Shown: positions 40,301 through 52,300 of the stretch, in pieces
Numbering within the stretch: position 1 is the stretch's first letter
How the letters are laid out: each line of letters opens with the position of its first letter
Source: Botryllus schlosseri
Taxonomy: Eukaryota
Length of the DNA: 64,000 bases
NCBI GenBank assembly: GCA_051294905.1
Contig: CM119371.1
Coordinates: 14,138,001-14,202,000 of the forward strand
Direction of reading: 5' to 3'
The notes under the pieces: model-generated
The model's database searches: none
Seen by the model: only the letters and a program-made list of their open reading frames with translations
Told to the model about the DNA's origin: nothing
Made by a program: the position numbers and the translations under genes

Positions 40301-43300
40301 CAATAATGATAATGCTATATTAAAACTGTTATTTTCTCATAAAATTCTATTAAATCAATGAATTTGAATATGATTCAATATAATAAGGTCTCCGAATAAC
40401 ATGTTCGAGTGGTGCATCATTTCCGACCCAAGCAACTGAAAAAACCGTGTATCGATACGTCTAGTAAACTATGAAGGTGGCCCTAGGCGTGCTTGTAAAT
40501 TCCCAAATCGTTTTGGCAAATCGGAGGAGCAACTGGTAAATCATTTGTTGTGCGAATTCAGAACTACAAGTACAAGCGGAAGACGAAGGAATTTGCATTG
40601 GCACGTTTCAGCCGGTTCCGCGTTCCGCATCCGATCAGGATTTCCGAAATATTGTTGAGAGTTTACTGACAGAAAAATCGAAAGGTACATGCTGCATTAA
40701 AACCGTTATAAGAGCGCTACAAGAAACATAATGTCTCTATTTTCCTTTTGCCTCTACATTTCGTTCTCTATATTCGCGATGTACAACGTAGCTCAGGACA
40801 GTTATAGTACAACTATTATTGAACTGACACCTTTTGTGAATCGGATAGCGACAAGACCTGAAACTATCTGCGGGCCGCTCAAAATCCCGACCGTGCCGTA
40901 TGCTGCCTGCCCCTGGATTAAAATGTTGTGTTTGATCTATACCGCAGTACATTTCTGATGAAGGTTTTGTTTTCGGGTATCACATTCAGGGCGTGAATAC
41001 ACATTCTATTCGCTGAGACTGCAATACGTTGCTATCTATGCCACGACAATTACAATATGCATAATTGTTCGTGTAACAGTCGTGGTGATGTTCACAAGTA
41101 GCATGTCGGCGTCCAGGCTGATGAAGGCGTCGGCAAAATACATGGACAAAGCGACAGACCTCTTGTGGGTTGGTAGCGATGCCTGGACCAATGAAATTCC
41201 TCTTTCAAACTACCATTTCGATGACAGACCTATGCATGGTATTATGCATCCTTTGAGTTTTCCGTTACACGATGGATTAGCACAATCTTGTGTTCCAGAC
41301 GCGGTGGGATTCCAACCTGCGGCGCAAGAGCTGAAGGCATTTCGACCATACTTCCTCAATTTAACCCTGGAGGAAAGTCTCAACACGTTCAGAAATCCAT
41401 GGTTTTCGGAGTATCTTGAGCACGTAAACTTTTGTACAGTAGGTGCGAAATGTAAAACCTGACTTACCAAAAGCTGTAGAGACCACCGTGTAGCCTTCCG
41501 CCATCTGCAGTATCGCTAAATTTGCTCTCTTATGTAGCCTATTTATAGACGTCATCTCGTGCCACATAATTCATCTGTATTTCTAATTAATTTGAAAGCG
41601 TTGCTTCTGAATCTGCATTGAGCATTAACGTCATCATTCATCCCCGTGGCTAAAATCTATCATCTCAAACTATTCAGGGAGCACACATCCGATATTAGTC
41701 TCCGATATTCAGAATGTAGAGTAAGATATAGATCATGCATGTTTGTTTACCTTGGTGATAGTGAATGATTCCGGTGGTGAAGCGTACGCAGTGGCATTGC
41801 TCAGGAGTTTGGCGTGTGAGGGTCTTACCCAAGCGGTACGGCACTGAGCATTATAGAGAAATTTATAAACCGCCCTGAAGTACCAATTACGCCGCATAAA
41901 CTGACGAATTGATATCCCGTTGGAGACATGCAATATAGTTTATTGAATAAACGACTACACTAATGGCATTGAAATCGCGACCCTGCTCGGGATATGAGAT
42001 TGGAATCCTAGTCCAAATCCATATCTAGAACACACACAATGTCCAAATCCGGCCGCTTAGAAATTCCACAGCGTTGGAAATTGCATGTCCAAGTCTAAAT
42101 CCAGAACAGCTTCAAAACAATAATAAATCCCGATCCAAATGTGACCAATTTTTCAAAACCGTCATTACAAGTCCAAATCCAACACCGTGCTCTTTGCTGT
42201 TCTCTCATTGATGGGGCTTACTTGTCGAAATAAAACCAGCAGTTTGACGCCTATCAACGCAATTGATGCGTAATGACGGGATATAAACTCTGCTTTCTAC
42301 ACCAGCAGGAGACGATGGTCCGGGAAGGAAGTGCGATCCCGATGAGAAATTGGATCCAAATTCATTTGAAAAGAGACCCACTTTAGAGGTATAATATATA
42401 TGATTCGATTTGGTTATTTTAGCAGAGATTGTGGCCATGAAAGACCCATGAGCAATAAACATAGTTGTCGATTCAAAGCAAGTCCCTCATCTTCGCGCAA
42501 AGGATAAATGTTTACTAAGAGAGATCGACAGGCTAATTACCCCCGAAGGGGTAATATATCAGAAATTTGGAGTGGTGCAGTGGTATTCTAATTATCACTC
42601 TGCTTTACGAACGGTAGTTCCAGTGCGGGTTCGGATCTTGGTCATTACAGCTGTGATTTTCCGCTTGCGCATTGCTTGTTGCAACTATCTTTTGCTGGTA
42701 ATTGCTCTTTCCAATGGACTGGGTTTCCCTGTTGAAACACTCCAGTCTTTTGCCTATTTAATAAAGAATTATATCACCTGTTAATCGTAACGCCTTCCGT
42801 TGCAGCATGTTGGAAATGCTATGTTGGCGATTATACACGCACTGAGAGAGTTCCATGTTTCCGAATGTAATGGGATTCCGGGATTGTGTCCAGCCATGTC
42901 GATGCATAATGGAACAAACCATCTGGCCACAAAGCTGATTCCCATATTGAAGCGGATTAACTTCACAAGTGAGCTGGTCAACGTACAGTAGGGCTGTTCA
43001 AAAATAACTTTTTTTCCCGGATTCCAGCCATTCACTGATTAAATTGTCAGGTTACCCTAAAAAACGCTGCACACCAAATTTGGTTCAATTCTAACAAGTA
43101 TAGGACTCCGCAGATCCAAATAAAAATTTTAATTTATTATGGAAAATTAAAAAAATAAATTCAAATTTTTCTGCCAACCCCATGAAATTGTTGAGCTGTC
43201 TTCAAAGACGTTGCAAAACAAATTTGAGTCAATTCCGACCAGTAGAAGCGGAGTTATGTGAGTTTTACGATGATAATCCGCGGATTATCAGATATCGGTG

Positions 43301-46300
43301 GATAATCCGTGATTTATCAACGAAAAAGTCACATGACTCCTTTTCTACTGGTCGGAATTGACTCACATTTGTTTTGCAACGTCTTTGAAGACTGCTCAAC
43401 AATTTCATGGGGTTGGCAGAAAAATTTGAAATTTTTTTTTTCAATTTTCCATAATAAATTAAAAATTTTATTTGGATCTGCGGAGTCCTTTACTTGTTAG
43501 AATTGAACCAAATTTGGTGTGCAGCGTTTTTTAGGGTAACGTGACAATTTAATCAGTGAATGGCTGGAATCCGGCAAAAAAAGTTATTTTTGAACAGCCC
43601 TAACGTACAGTCGTACAGCAATGTGTTCCGGGGCAAAGGAATTTGGAGATGGCGAAATGTCTATAATCATTTAGGACGTAACAAATGCATCGTAAATCGC
43701 TTGAAAGTTTAGCTGATTATTCAACAGATCGGGTTATCATCATGTTCGAACTATAGAAAACTAGGAGCGGGGCCCCATCCGGGGTTATTTCGAAGTATAA
43801 TGACACGTGTGTCCTTTGCGCAATAAAATAGATAGCGAATTGCAAGAAATCGTCATCAACTAATCAATTTACGCTATCTATATGGACAGATGCCAATGGA
43901 AAGCATGTGTATTTCGACTCGAACCAAAATGGATTGGCAAGCTTCTATGTATTTCGTTACGACGCCGACAAAGAAGTTACAACCGGAACACTCAGACAAA
44001 GATGGGAAATAGTAGGAGATTTCGATAACAAGGGTAGTGTTTTGTTTCATCTGGTTTTAAGGCTCATCATACCTACTACTGACCAGTGTTGGGATCAAGT
44101 CACTACCTTCGAGTCACGAGTCATCTCGAGTCATTGCACATTTTGACTCGAGTCAAGTCAAGTCAATCGATTTTCAAAGGTGACTCGAGTCAAGTCAAGT
44201 CACTCGTTTTTTGGAGGTGACTCGAGTCAAGTCAAGTCAAGTCAAGTCACGAGTCAAGTCACAATTCAAGTCAAATTGAATTTTCGAAGTATGAGTGATC
44301 ATTCAAATTCATTATATTTTACTGGCTATGTTAAAGAGATCAATTGGTCATTTATCTTGAATCAAATAACGAATATAAAGTTAAATATACATGCAAAAAT
44401 GCGTTGTATCGCTCACGCACACGTAGAACTGCTAATAAAATACGTAAGTAGCTGTATAGCTACATCAGGGGTGTCAAACGTACGACCCGCCAAATGATTT
44501 CATTCGGCCCGCGAAGAAATTCTGAGTATATGGTGAAAATTGCGTGATTTTATCCAACACATATCTCGAATTTGCAGTAAGAAATACCACTAATAAATAT
44601 TCCTTCAAGATAGCAAATTTCGAGTATGTTCATAAGCCACTATAACAACCCGACAGCGGAGTTGTGATTGTAGTTATCGTCGGGAGAAAATCGCTGACAT
44701 TAACACCCCCAATTCCGAGAATGCGAAAAAGTGCATATACTGAGTTTAGGGTTAGTAATATTTAGGAATCATTTGACTGGTGCGGCCCGCGAGTGATCTG
44801 TGCATTTGAATTCGACCCGCGACGTCAGTTGAGTTTAACAACTCTGAGCGACATCTCTTATCAGCAAAAATAGAGGATGGAATACGAAGCCTCGAGAAGA
44901 TGAAAGAAATTGATATCGTACAATACACTAGCCATCTATACACATCGGTGAGGATATAAATACATAAAATATATTTGTTAGACTTAAATCATACAAGAGG
45001 GTTGGTAAAGGTGAGCGCCGTGCAATGTAAGGACAGAGCCGTCCAATAAACAGCGATACGTTGCTATTAAATTAATCTGCTATTACGACAAGGCAAGCTG
45101 TGATCATTTCGTATGCGGTCAGTGTATATGTGATGTAACAATGCAGGATCAGCGAAACGTACAATCAGTGAACGACTGGTTGCTCTCACAAGTTAAAGTG
45201 GCGTATCGTGAATAATTCGAACATGCACAGAATACATTGATTTAGTCGACACCGTTTACTTGATGACTTGAAATTGACTCGTAAATTTTGCTCCGAGTCA
45301 CGAGTCAATCCACATTTTTGAAGCGCCGAGTCAAGTCAAGTCAAGTCATTTTTGCAAACTGACTCGAGTCAAGTCAAGTCATTCGAAAAAGTTGACTCGA
45401 GTCTGACTCGAGTCAAGTCATGACTCGAGTCATCCCAACACTGCTACTGACACACATTATTAGGGATGCTCAAAAGTGAATAATCGTACGAATTTCCACC
45501 GTACCAATCTTTGATCTCTTGGGTGCGCTGTGTTTCTGCAATTGGGAGTGTTCGGGCATGTACCACCGCTTCTAATTCTAAGAATTGTCACCATCTCATA
45601 CGACAATGTCTTGAAATGACTTCGAAACGGTACGGAACTCTAGAAGGTTCGCGATCGAATTGGCAATTCCTCGACCTGGAAACTATACCTCTGTTTTACT
45701 CTGATTGTACATATGTAGGCCTACGGTTGCGGGCTGGCCTTCCATAAGCACGTTTACCGATTATCGTGGAAGCTCTGACGTGCTGACGAAGCTAGAACTA
45801 GAAGTAGAATTAGAACTACTTGCGTTTGAAAACTAGAACTATAGAGAACTGGAACTTACGCCCTTTAAAATTCCGAAAATGGTCTTGCTAAATCACACTA
45901 GCTAATAACATACAATATGAATTACTGAGTTTCAAATGAACGAAGAAATATTGGCGATATAATCAGCATCTCAAAAGGACGGGGTTTCGTGTTTGAAATG
46001 AGAGCGGTTTCGACTATTAAAAGTTACCTCTTGACCACTGCTAGTAGTGATGACTAGGGCTGGACACAATGATTCGAGTACTCGAATCTGAATCGAGTAT
46101 TAATTTTGATGATTCGAGTCGAGTAGTAAAAGACGACTTTTTCAAGTGCTGAAATTATACGCTCCTCGCAACTGAAAGTTAATTCACTATCGAGAATCAT
46201 AGTTTTGATACCATTTTCTACTGAGGAAGCCTTGAAATCTTGATTGGCAGTGTCGCAGCATACGAGACATAGTACAAAGTTACGAACGTCACTGGAAATA

Positions 46301-49300
46301 ACACATTTCTAAAGTCATGATCATCCCACAACATTGTCAAGAAGTGCAATGAAATCGGTATGGTCGAAAAGATACCAAAGTATCTGTAATGTGACGGATA
46401 ACATACATAATGTTCTTCGTAGTGGCATAAAAGGTGCAAATTTCAACTTTGACATAAGTGATACTCGAATACTCGACTCGACACGAATCGTAATACGTGA
46501 TTCAGAATCGAATCACTCAGGTACTCGATTTTGCCCAGCCCTAGTGATGACTCTGACTTAGGAATTGCTGCAAGAACATTATGCAACAGAACAACGTTAT
46601 CACGAATTCACGATCCACCCCAAATGTCGATACGTGTTTTCTATAATTGTTCTACAACTAAATGCCTTTTTAAATGCGCAACTAGAACTACTCACTTTCA
46701 AAATCAGCATCTAGAACTAGAGCTAGAACTGATAAAAATGGTAGTTAATTGTACGTCTACTACGTAGATTGTTAGTCTGGGCAAGTTCGGTTCCATTTCA
46801 CACTTCGCTATGCTTTCCGTAAACAGCAATAAGAGTAACGACTGCGCCGAATTCGAAACTGAATACTACGGAATCGGTATGCAGTAAGCCATGCGGCTAC
46901 GGGGAGGCTACAATCCCACAAGCCAAGGTCCGGGCGTGAATATCATGCGTGAGAAAAATATTCGAAATTTTTAAACCCCGTGTTTGCATTCAGATATGCT
47001 GCTGGCATTGCGAACGATGTGCGTACGATGAATTTGTGTCGGAAAACGGCACAATGTGTACCCGCTGCACGCCTGGTGAAAAACCCAACTCCGAGAAAAC
47101 TGGCTGCGATCTGATTACGATCACGTATGCTACCGCATTAGTGTCACAAATTGTGGCCTAATGAACCGTAATGTAGAACAACATTTTCAACCAAAGATGT
47201 TATGATGACGTGAAAAAATTGTGATGTATGAAAAAGGTTTACAGTGCCGACCCACCATGGATCATTTGCTAACGCGAACCTTCGAATTTCTGAGATCCCA
47301 CACACGGAAAGCGAATGTGAACCAGACGTTCACATCATCCCTATTATCTGCTCTACGAGAATAGCCTGAGAGTCGGATGAGACTTACGTTGTGTGCTCTG
47401 CGAGATTCAACCACGAATAAAAGATTCAATATCGATTAAGCGGTGTCAACAATCTCAATGATACGTTCTCTATACTATATATAATATGAATGCATTTACG
47501 TGAAAGTAGTTTGGTTAAGTTTTCATGTCAAGTCGGAGGGGTCTGTAATGCGAAATATCGTTACTCAAGTGAAACGGGGAGTAATAGGTTGGGAGGCACT
47601 GTTTTCGAGGTACCGTACGAGCAGGGATTTAACTGAGAACATGTATTTCTGAAAACAGGTTTACTTCGAGCCATCATAACTAGCGTGACAAGTATATCAA
47701 TTCCGTGACCGAGCGGAATTGCTTGGCATGTCATTTTGTATATGGTGGTGAATTAGGTATCCCTTCTGTGCATAATCGTAATTCAATAATATTTTGCGAA
47801 CGTTATTACAGCACCGCATTAACATCTATTCGAAGTAATTTACATTCAGCATTTCTGTCTAGAGAGATATCTTATGGATCTGAATACGGCATTGCATGCG
47901 CGTGGCTGAGTTGCCTTGGACTGCTTCTAACATCAATTGTGACGGTGATATATATCGTTCATCGAAAAACGATCATGGTCAAATCTTCCGGGAATGTAAG
48001 TATAGTATTTTAGCGTATATTATACGTCGTAAATGATAATGCAATGTTATTCGCATACAATGCAATATGAAGACGAATGTAATATACTTTAATGATAAGG
48101 GCAAATTAGGACAGCTACTAAGTATCCGTTGAATCAAATAGTGAATTCGTCTCTTCAGAAAGCCCTTGTCTGAATATGTCTATGAATTATGGCTGAAATC
48201 GAACCTGACCATGGCCGCATTTAGATTACTTATGTGGCCCACGGCCGCATTCCAGGTCATAGTCCCAATGAACTAATTGGACACCAAATACCCATGTTAA
48301 ACTGTACATGTTCATTTCCTGTGAACTCCTGTCCAATCTACTTTTTCACATCGTCTTACTATACGTAGCGAAATCTCTAGTGATCATGTATTGAATAGTT
48401 ACAGCACGTTGTTATGGTCGAGCAAAGCGCGAAATTTTTTTCAGATTCACGAATGAATTTCGTCATCAATATTAGTAGTTTCACATATTACCATCAAATA
48501 TTTATAATTTCTCAACCCCTGTAATCAAATTCACCGATATAGTTGATGGAGGGATTGTTTTCGAAAATTCAGGGCGAGTTATAAATGATGATGCATATTA
48601 GAGTGGGCCAATTTCTATTAGTCACTATGCTGCACTCTTTTATTTCTTGACCTCCCATCAAGATTGTCGGTATAGTGGTAAGATATTGGAATCTCCCAAA
48701 CGTACCAGAAACAAATTTCCTTCGTGAGGAGCGCACGTTTCCAAGTTGGCGTTTCTATATCATGCATCATTTTCTCCCGCTGCTCGCATCTGTTCTGCAC
48801 TCTGGGGCTCTGATTGCAGAAAGCGGTACTATATTAAAATCGAAAAATGAAGGTGCAATGAATCGCGATGAGCGCGAAGACAATTTCAATAGCAATTAAA
48901 TTTCTAAAATATTAATTACTCATTCAAAAATTCGGGAGTCAATTCGTACATTCAATTTTCATCTCGACGGTCGCCAACGCATACTAGTTGAATTACGTGT
49001 CCACGGTAGCACAAATTTGCTTCTACGACCGCAGGTTTCCTACCTCTGGCTTAGTTCTTTTAACACTCTGTTGATTGAGAGGTCATTTTGCGCACCTGCA
49101 ATCTATAGCGATGTAGTAGATGTGTATTGTGGTGAATTTTTGTTTTTATGACTTATGGAAAATTTGGGGTTCCGCGAAGGCTTGAAGATTAGCGTAAGTG
49201 TCCGCCGGTTATTAAAGATGGAGAACCACTGTTGAAAACCTTGCCAAAAACTGCAGCCAAAACTTGAGCAGGCCCTACGTAAAAACACCTCATCAGAAAT

Positions 49301-52300
49301 ATGTCGGCGCTTACCGCGTTTGACAACATGCGGAGTCTCAATACGAATCAATATCAGTTCAGCAGTGGTCTTCATGCTCGTGTAACTCACACTTCAATAT
49401 TTTTTAATGAAAATAGTTCAAAACTCCAAACACACGACTTTATTCCAGGAGCTCAGTTTCTTCATTCTCTTCGGAATAACTGTGAGTTTCCTCAACTTCC
49501 TCGCCATGACTGCATCTCCCACTCTCGCATCGTGTGTCACGGCAAGGATCATGCTTGGCGTAGGACCAGCTTGTATATACGCCGGTTTGCTAACGAAGAC
49601 CGTGCGAGTCGTCATCATTTTCAGGTCAAGATCAGCTCTATCCATACAGGTATCGTTTTATTTATTGATCAATTCCTGCTATATTTTGAACGCAAGGCAT
49701 TGGATATCACTCAAGCAAAGTTGTAAAAAGTGGGTTGAGCATGACTTTAGCTTGAAACATGCGTCTCTTCAGCATATGACTTCCAAGAACTAACCCGAAA
49801 CACAGCCCCGAAATCAACCCTTATATATATCCTAACCCCAAGTCTAACCATACCCCAACCACAAATCCACCCATAACCCATCCATAACCCGTTATTTGAC
49901 CCAGATGTTCATGTTTCGGAAGCCCAATTGTGTAGGGTTACCATATTTTGGAATCGGTAAAGGAGGATACTATTTCAAAATTTTCAAACTTGGAATCCCG
50001 GAGGAAAATCTTTAAAAAATGGCAAATTTTTCCCACTTCATGGTCGGTTGAATGAAAAAAGGTCAAATTCCGCGCCCAGTGCCCAAAATACATTTTTTTC
50101 ACATTATCAGGTGGCTGACAAAAAAAGGTCAACTTTCCGGCTCAGCTCCCGAAATAGCCCCCGGAGCTTTACTTCAGTGTTGATTTACTGTATTTCGGTC
50201 GAATTCACCCTACATTTAACAAGAATTCTAAAAAAGAGGACAAAATCTCAAAAAGGAGGACATTAAGCGTCCTTGGAGGACATTTTCAAATATCTGAAAA
50301 AGGAGGACAAATCCTCATAAAGGAGGACGTATGGTAACCCTGAAATTGTCGCATGCTGAAGTGTCGCATGCTAAAATGTCTCATGCTCATACGTGCACAG
50401 ACCGTTCCATAGCGATGACGATCATAACATTGGACACAGTATGTATTAACGGTGTAAACACTGTTCCAAGTTTCCAAGATTGACACTTGAACATAACGGC
50501 AGTAATTCAGTCATCAAAGTCGAATATGTTGATATGTGTGCTGATCTGGCCTCTTTCAATCCCTATATTTCACGGTATGGGTCGATTTTGACGGTGTTCC
50601 ATTTCGCGACAGGTGATGAAATTTCTGATGGTATATCTCGATGATGTCTTCCAATAGTGCGCTACGTTTAACGATTGGAATGCAAATATATATTAGTTAC
50701 TTTTATATTTTCGAATGTCGTTTCGCCACTAAATTACATAATGTTATAGATCAGTATAATGGTGCTTTCAGGTGGATTAATTACATTTGCTTTATGCCTT
50801 GCTATTCTACATATACAAATTCTCCATAGATGAAGTTGTATCTGCAACCGAGCTGTCAAATCGTCGTGACGTCTGTACTTGTTTTCGTACAAGTTATCGT
50901 GGCTGCGCTGTGGCTCACCCTCAGCCCGGTCGCCATCACCATGCATTACCCAACACACGAAGTGGTGTACCGAGGCTGCGCTCATCTGGTCGACCTCCAA
51001 GTTCTTATGGCAATTACATATCCGCTTTTGTTAATCACCGTATGCACTGTGCTGGCCACTTTCAATAGAAAGATTCCAACTGAATTCAACGAAACGAAGT
51101 ACATCGGTGAGTTGGGATAATTTTTCAGCGGTCTTTGACTTTATTCAGCAATATTTCTCAATTTCTAGGATTCTCCATGTACTCGACTTGTGTTATCTGG
51201 TTGGCATTTCTGTCTATATTCATCACAAATACCGAAGATCTTAGCCAACGGGTGAGATTTACTGCGTACAGAGTTTTCCGGCATCTTGGAACCTGTTCGC
51301 GAACTGTACGGCACCGAATGTGTTCGTGATTCGTTCACTTTCGCCAGTGAGATGCGAAACCTGAACCTTCCTAATTCAGAAGTGTTCTTGAGCTCATTTG
51401 ATATCTCTAGTCTCTTTACAAACGTTCCGCTGCAAGAAACTATCGATATTTGTGCGAACGCGCTTTACGGCGGTAAGCTAGCACCACCATCAATGCCGCG
51501 TAAAGTTTTTGTTGAACTTTTACAGGCAGCTACATGTTCTGTTGAATTTAGCTTTAACGATGTTATCTATAAACAAATAGACGGCATATCGATGGGATCT
51601 CCCTTGGGACCTACTTTGGCTAACATTTTCGTAGGATTTTATGAGGTCGAGCTTCTCACCCAGCGTGTTTCCGTCAAACCGGTGTTGTACCGACGTTATG
51701 TAGACGATACTTTTGTCATTTTCAGAAATGAGATAGACTGTGATCAATTTCTCATTCACTTAAACTCGCTTCACCCGGCTCTGTTATTCACAATTGAAAA
51801 AGAACGAAATAACTCATTGTCATTTATGGACGTTTTAGTCGAAAAACATGATACCAATAAATTTGAAACATCAATCTTCCGGAAACCGACATTCACTGGC
51901 CAATACCTTCGTTGGAACTCATTTAGTCCTAGCCGCAGAAAAATCAACCTCATAGGCACCCTCGTGCATAGAGCGTTGATGATATGTTCGGGTAATAAAC
52001 TGAACTCAGAACTTGACAATATCCGGAAAATCTTACTTGATAACGGTTACCCTGAACATGTCATCAACCGTGGCATAGAGAGGAAAGTAACGCATTTCAA
52101 TGCAGAAAAGTCAACAGAGCCTACCGAACGAACAACCAAAGATGTTTACATCCATTTACCTTGGATAGGGCCTATTTCCACCCGCTTTGAAAAGCAATTG
52201 ATTTCATCGGTCAATAAGTGTTACGACACAGTGAAGACCAACGTGATTTTCACGACAACGCAACTGCTCCCCGCAACACGTAAAGACGTGCTACCCGCAC

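Noticed and set aside
41678..41720. AG...GT bounded candidate exon in the receptor intron
   Set aside because: It is not needed and its phases do not fit; 41442 splices in frame to 42306 and restores the family alignment.
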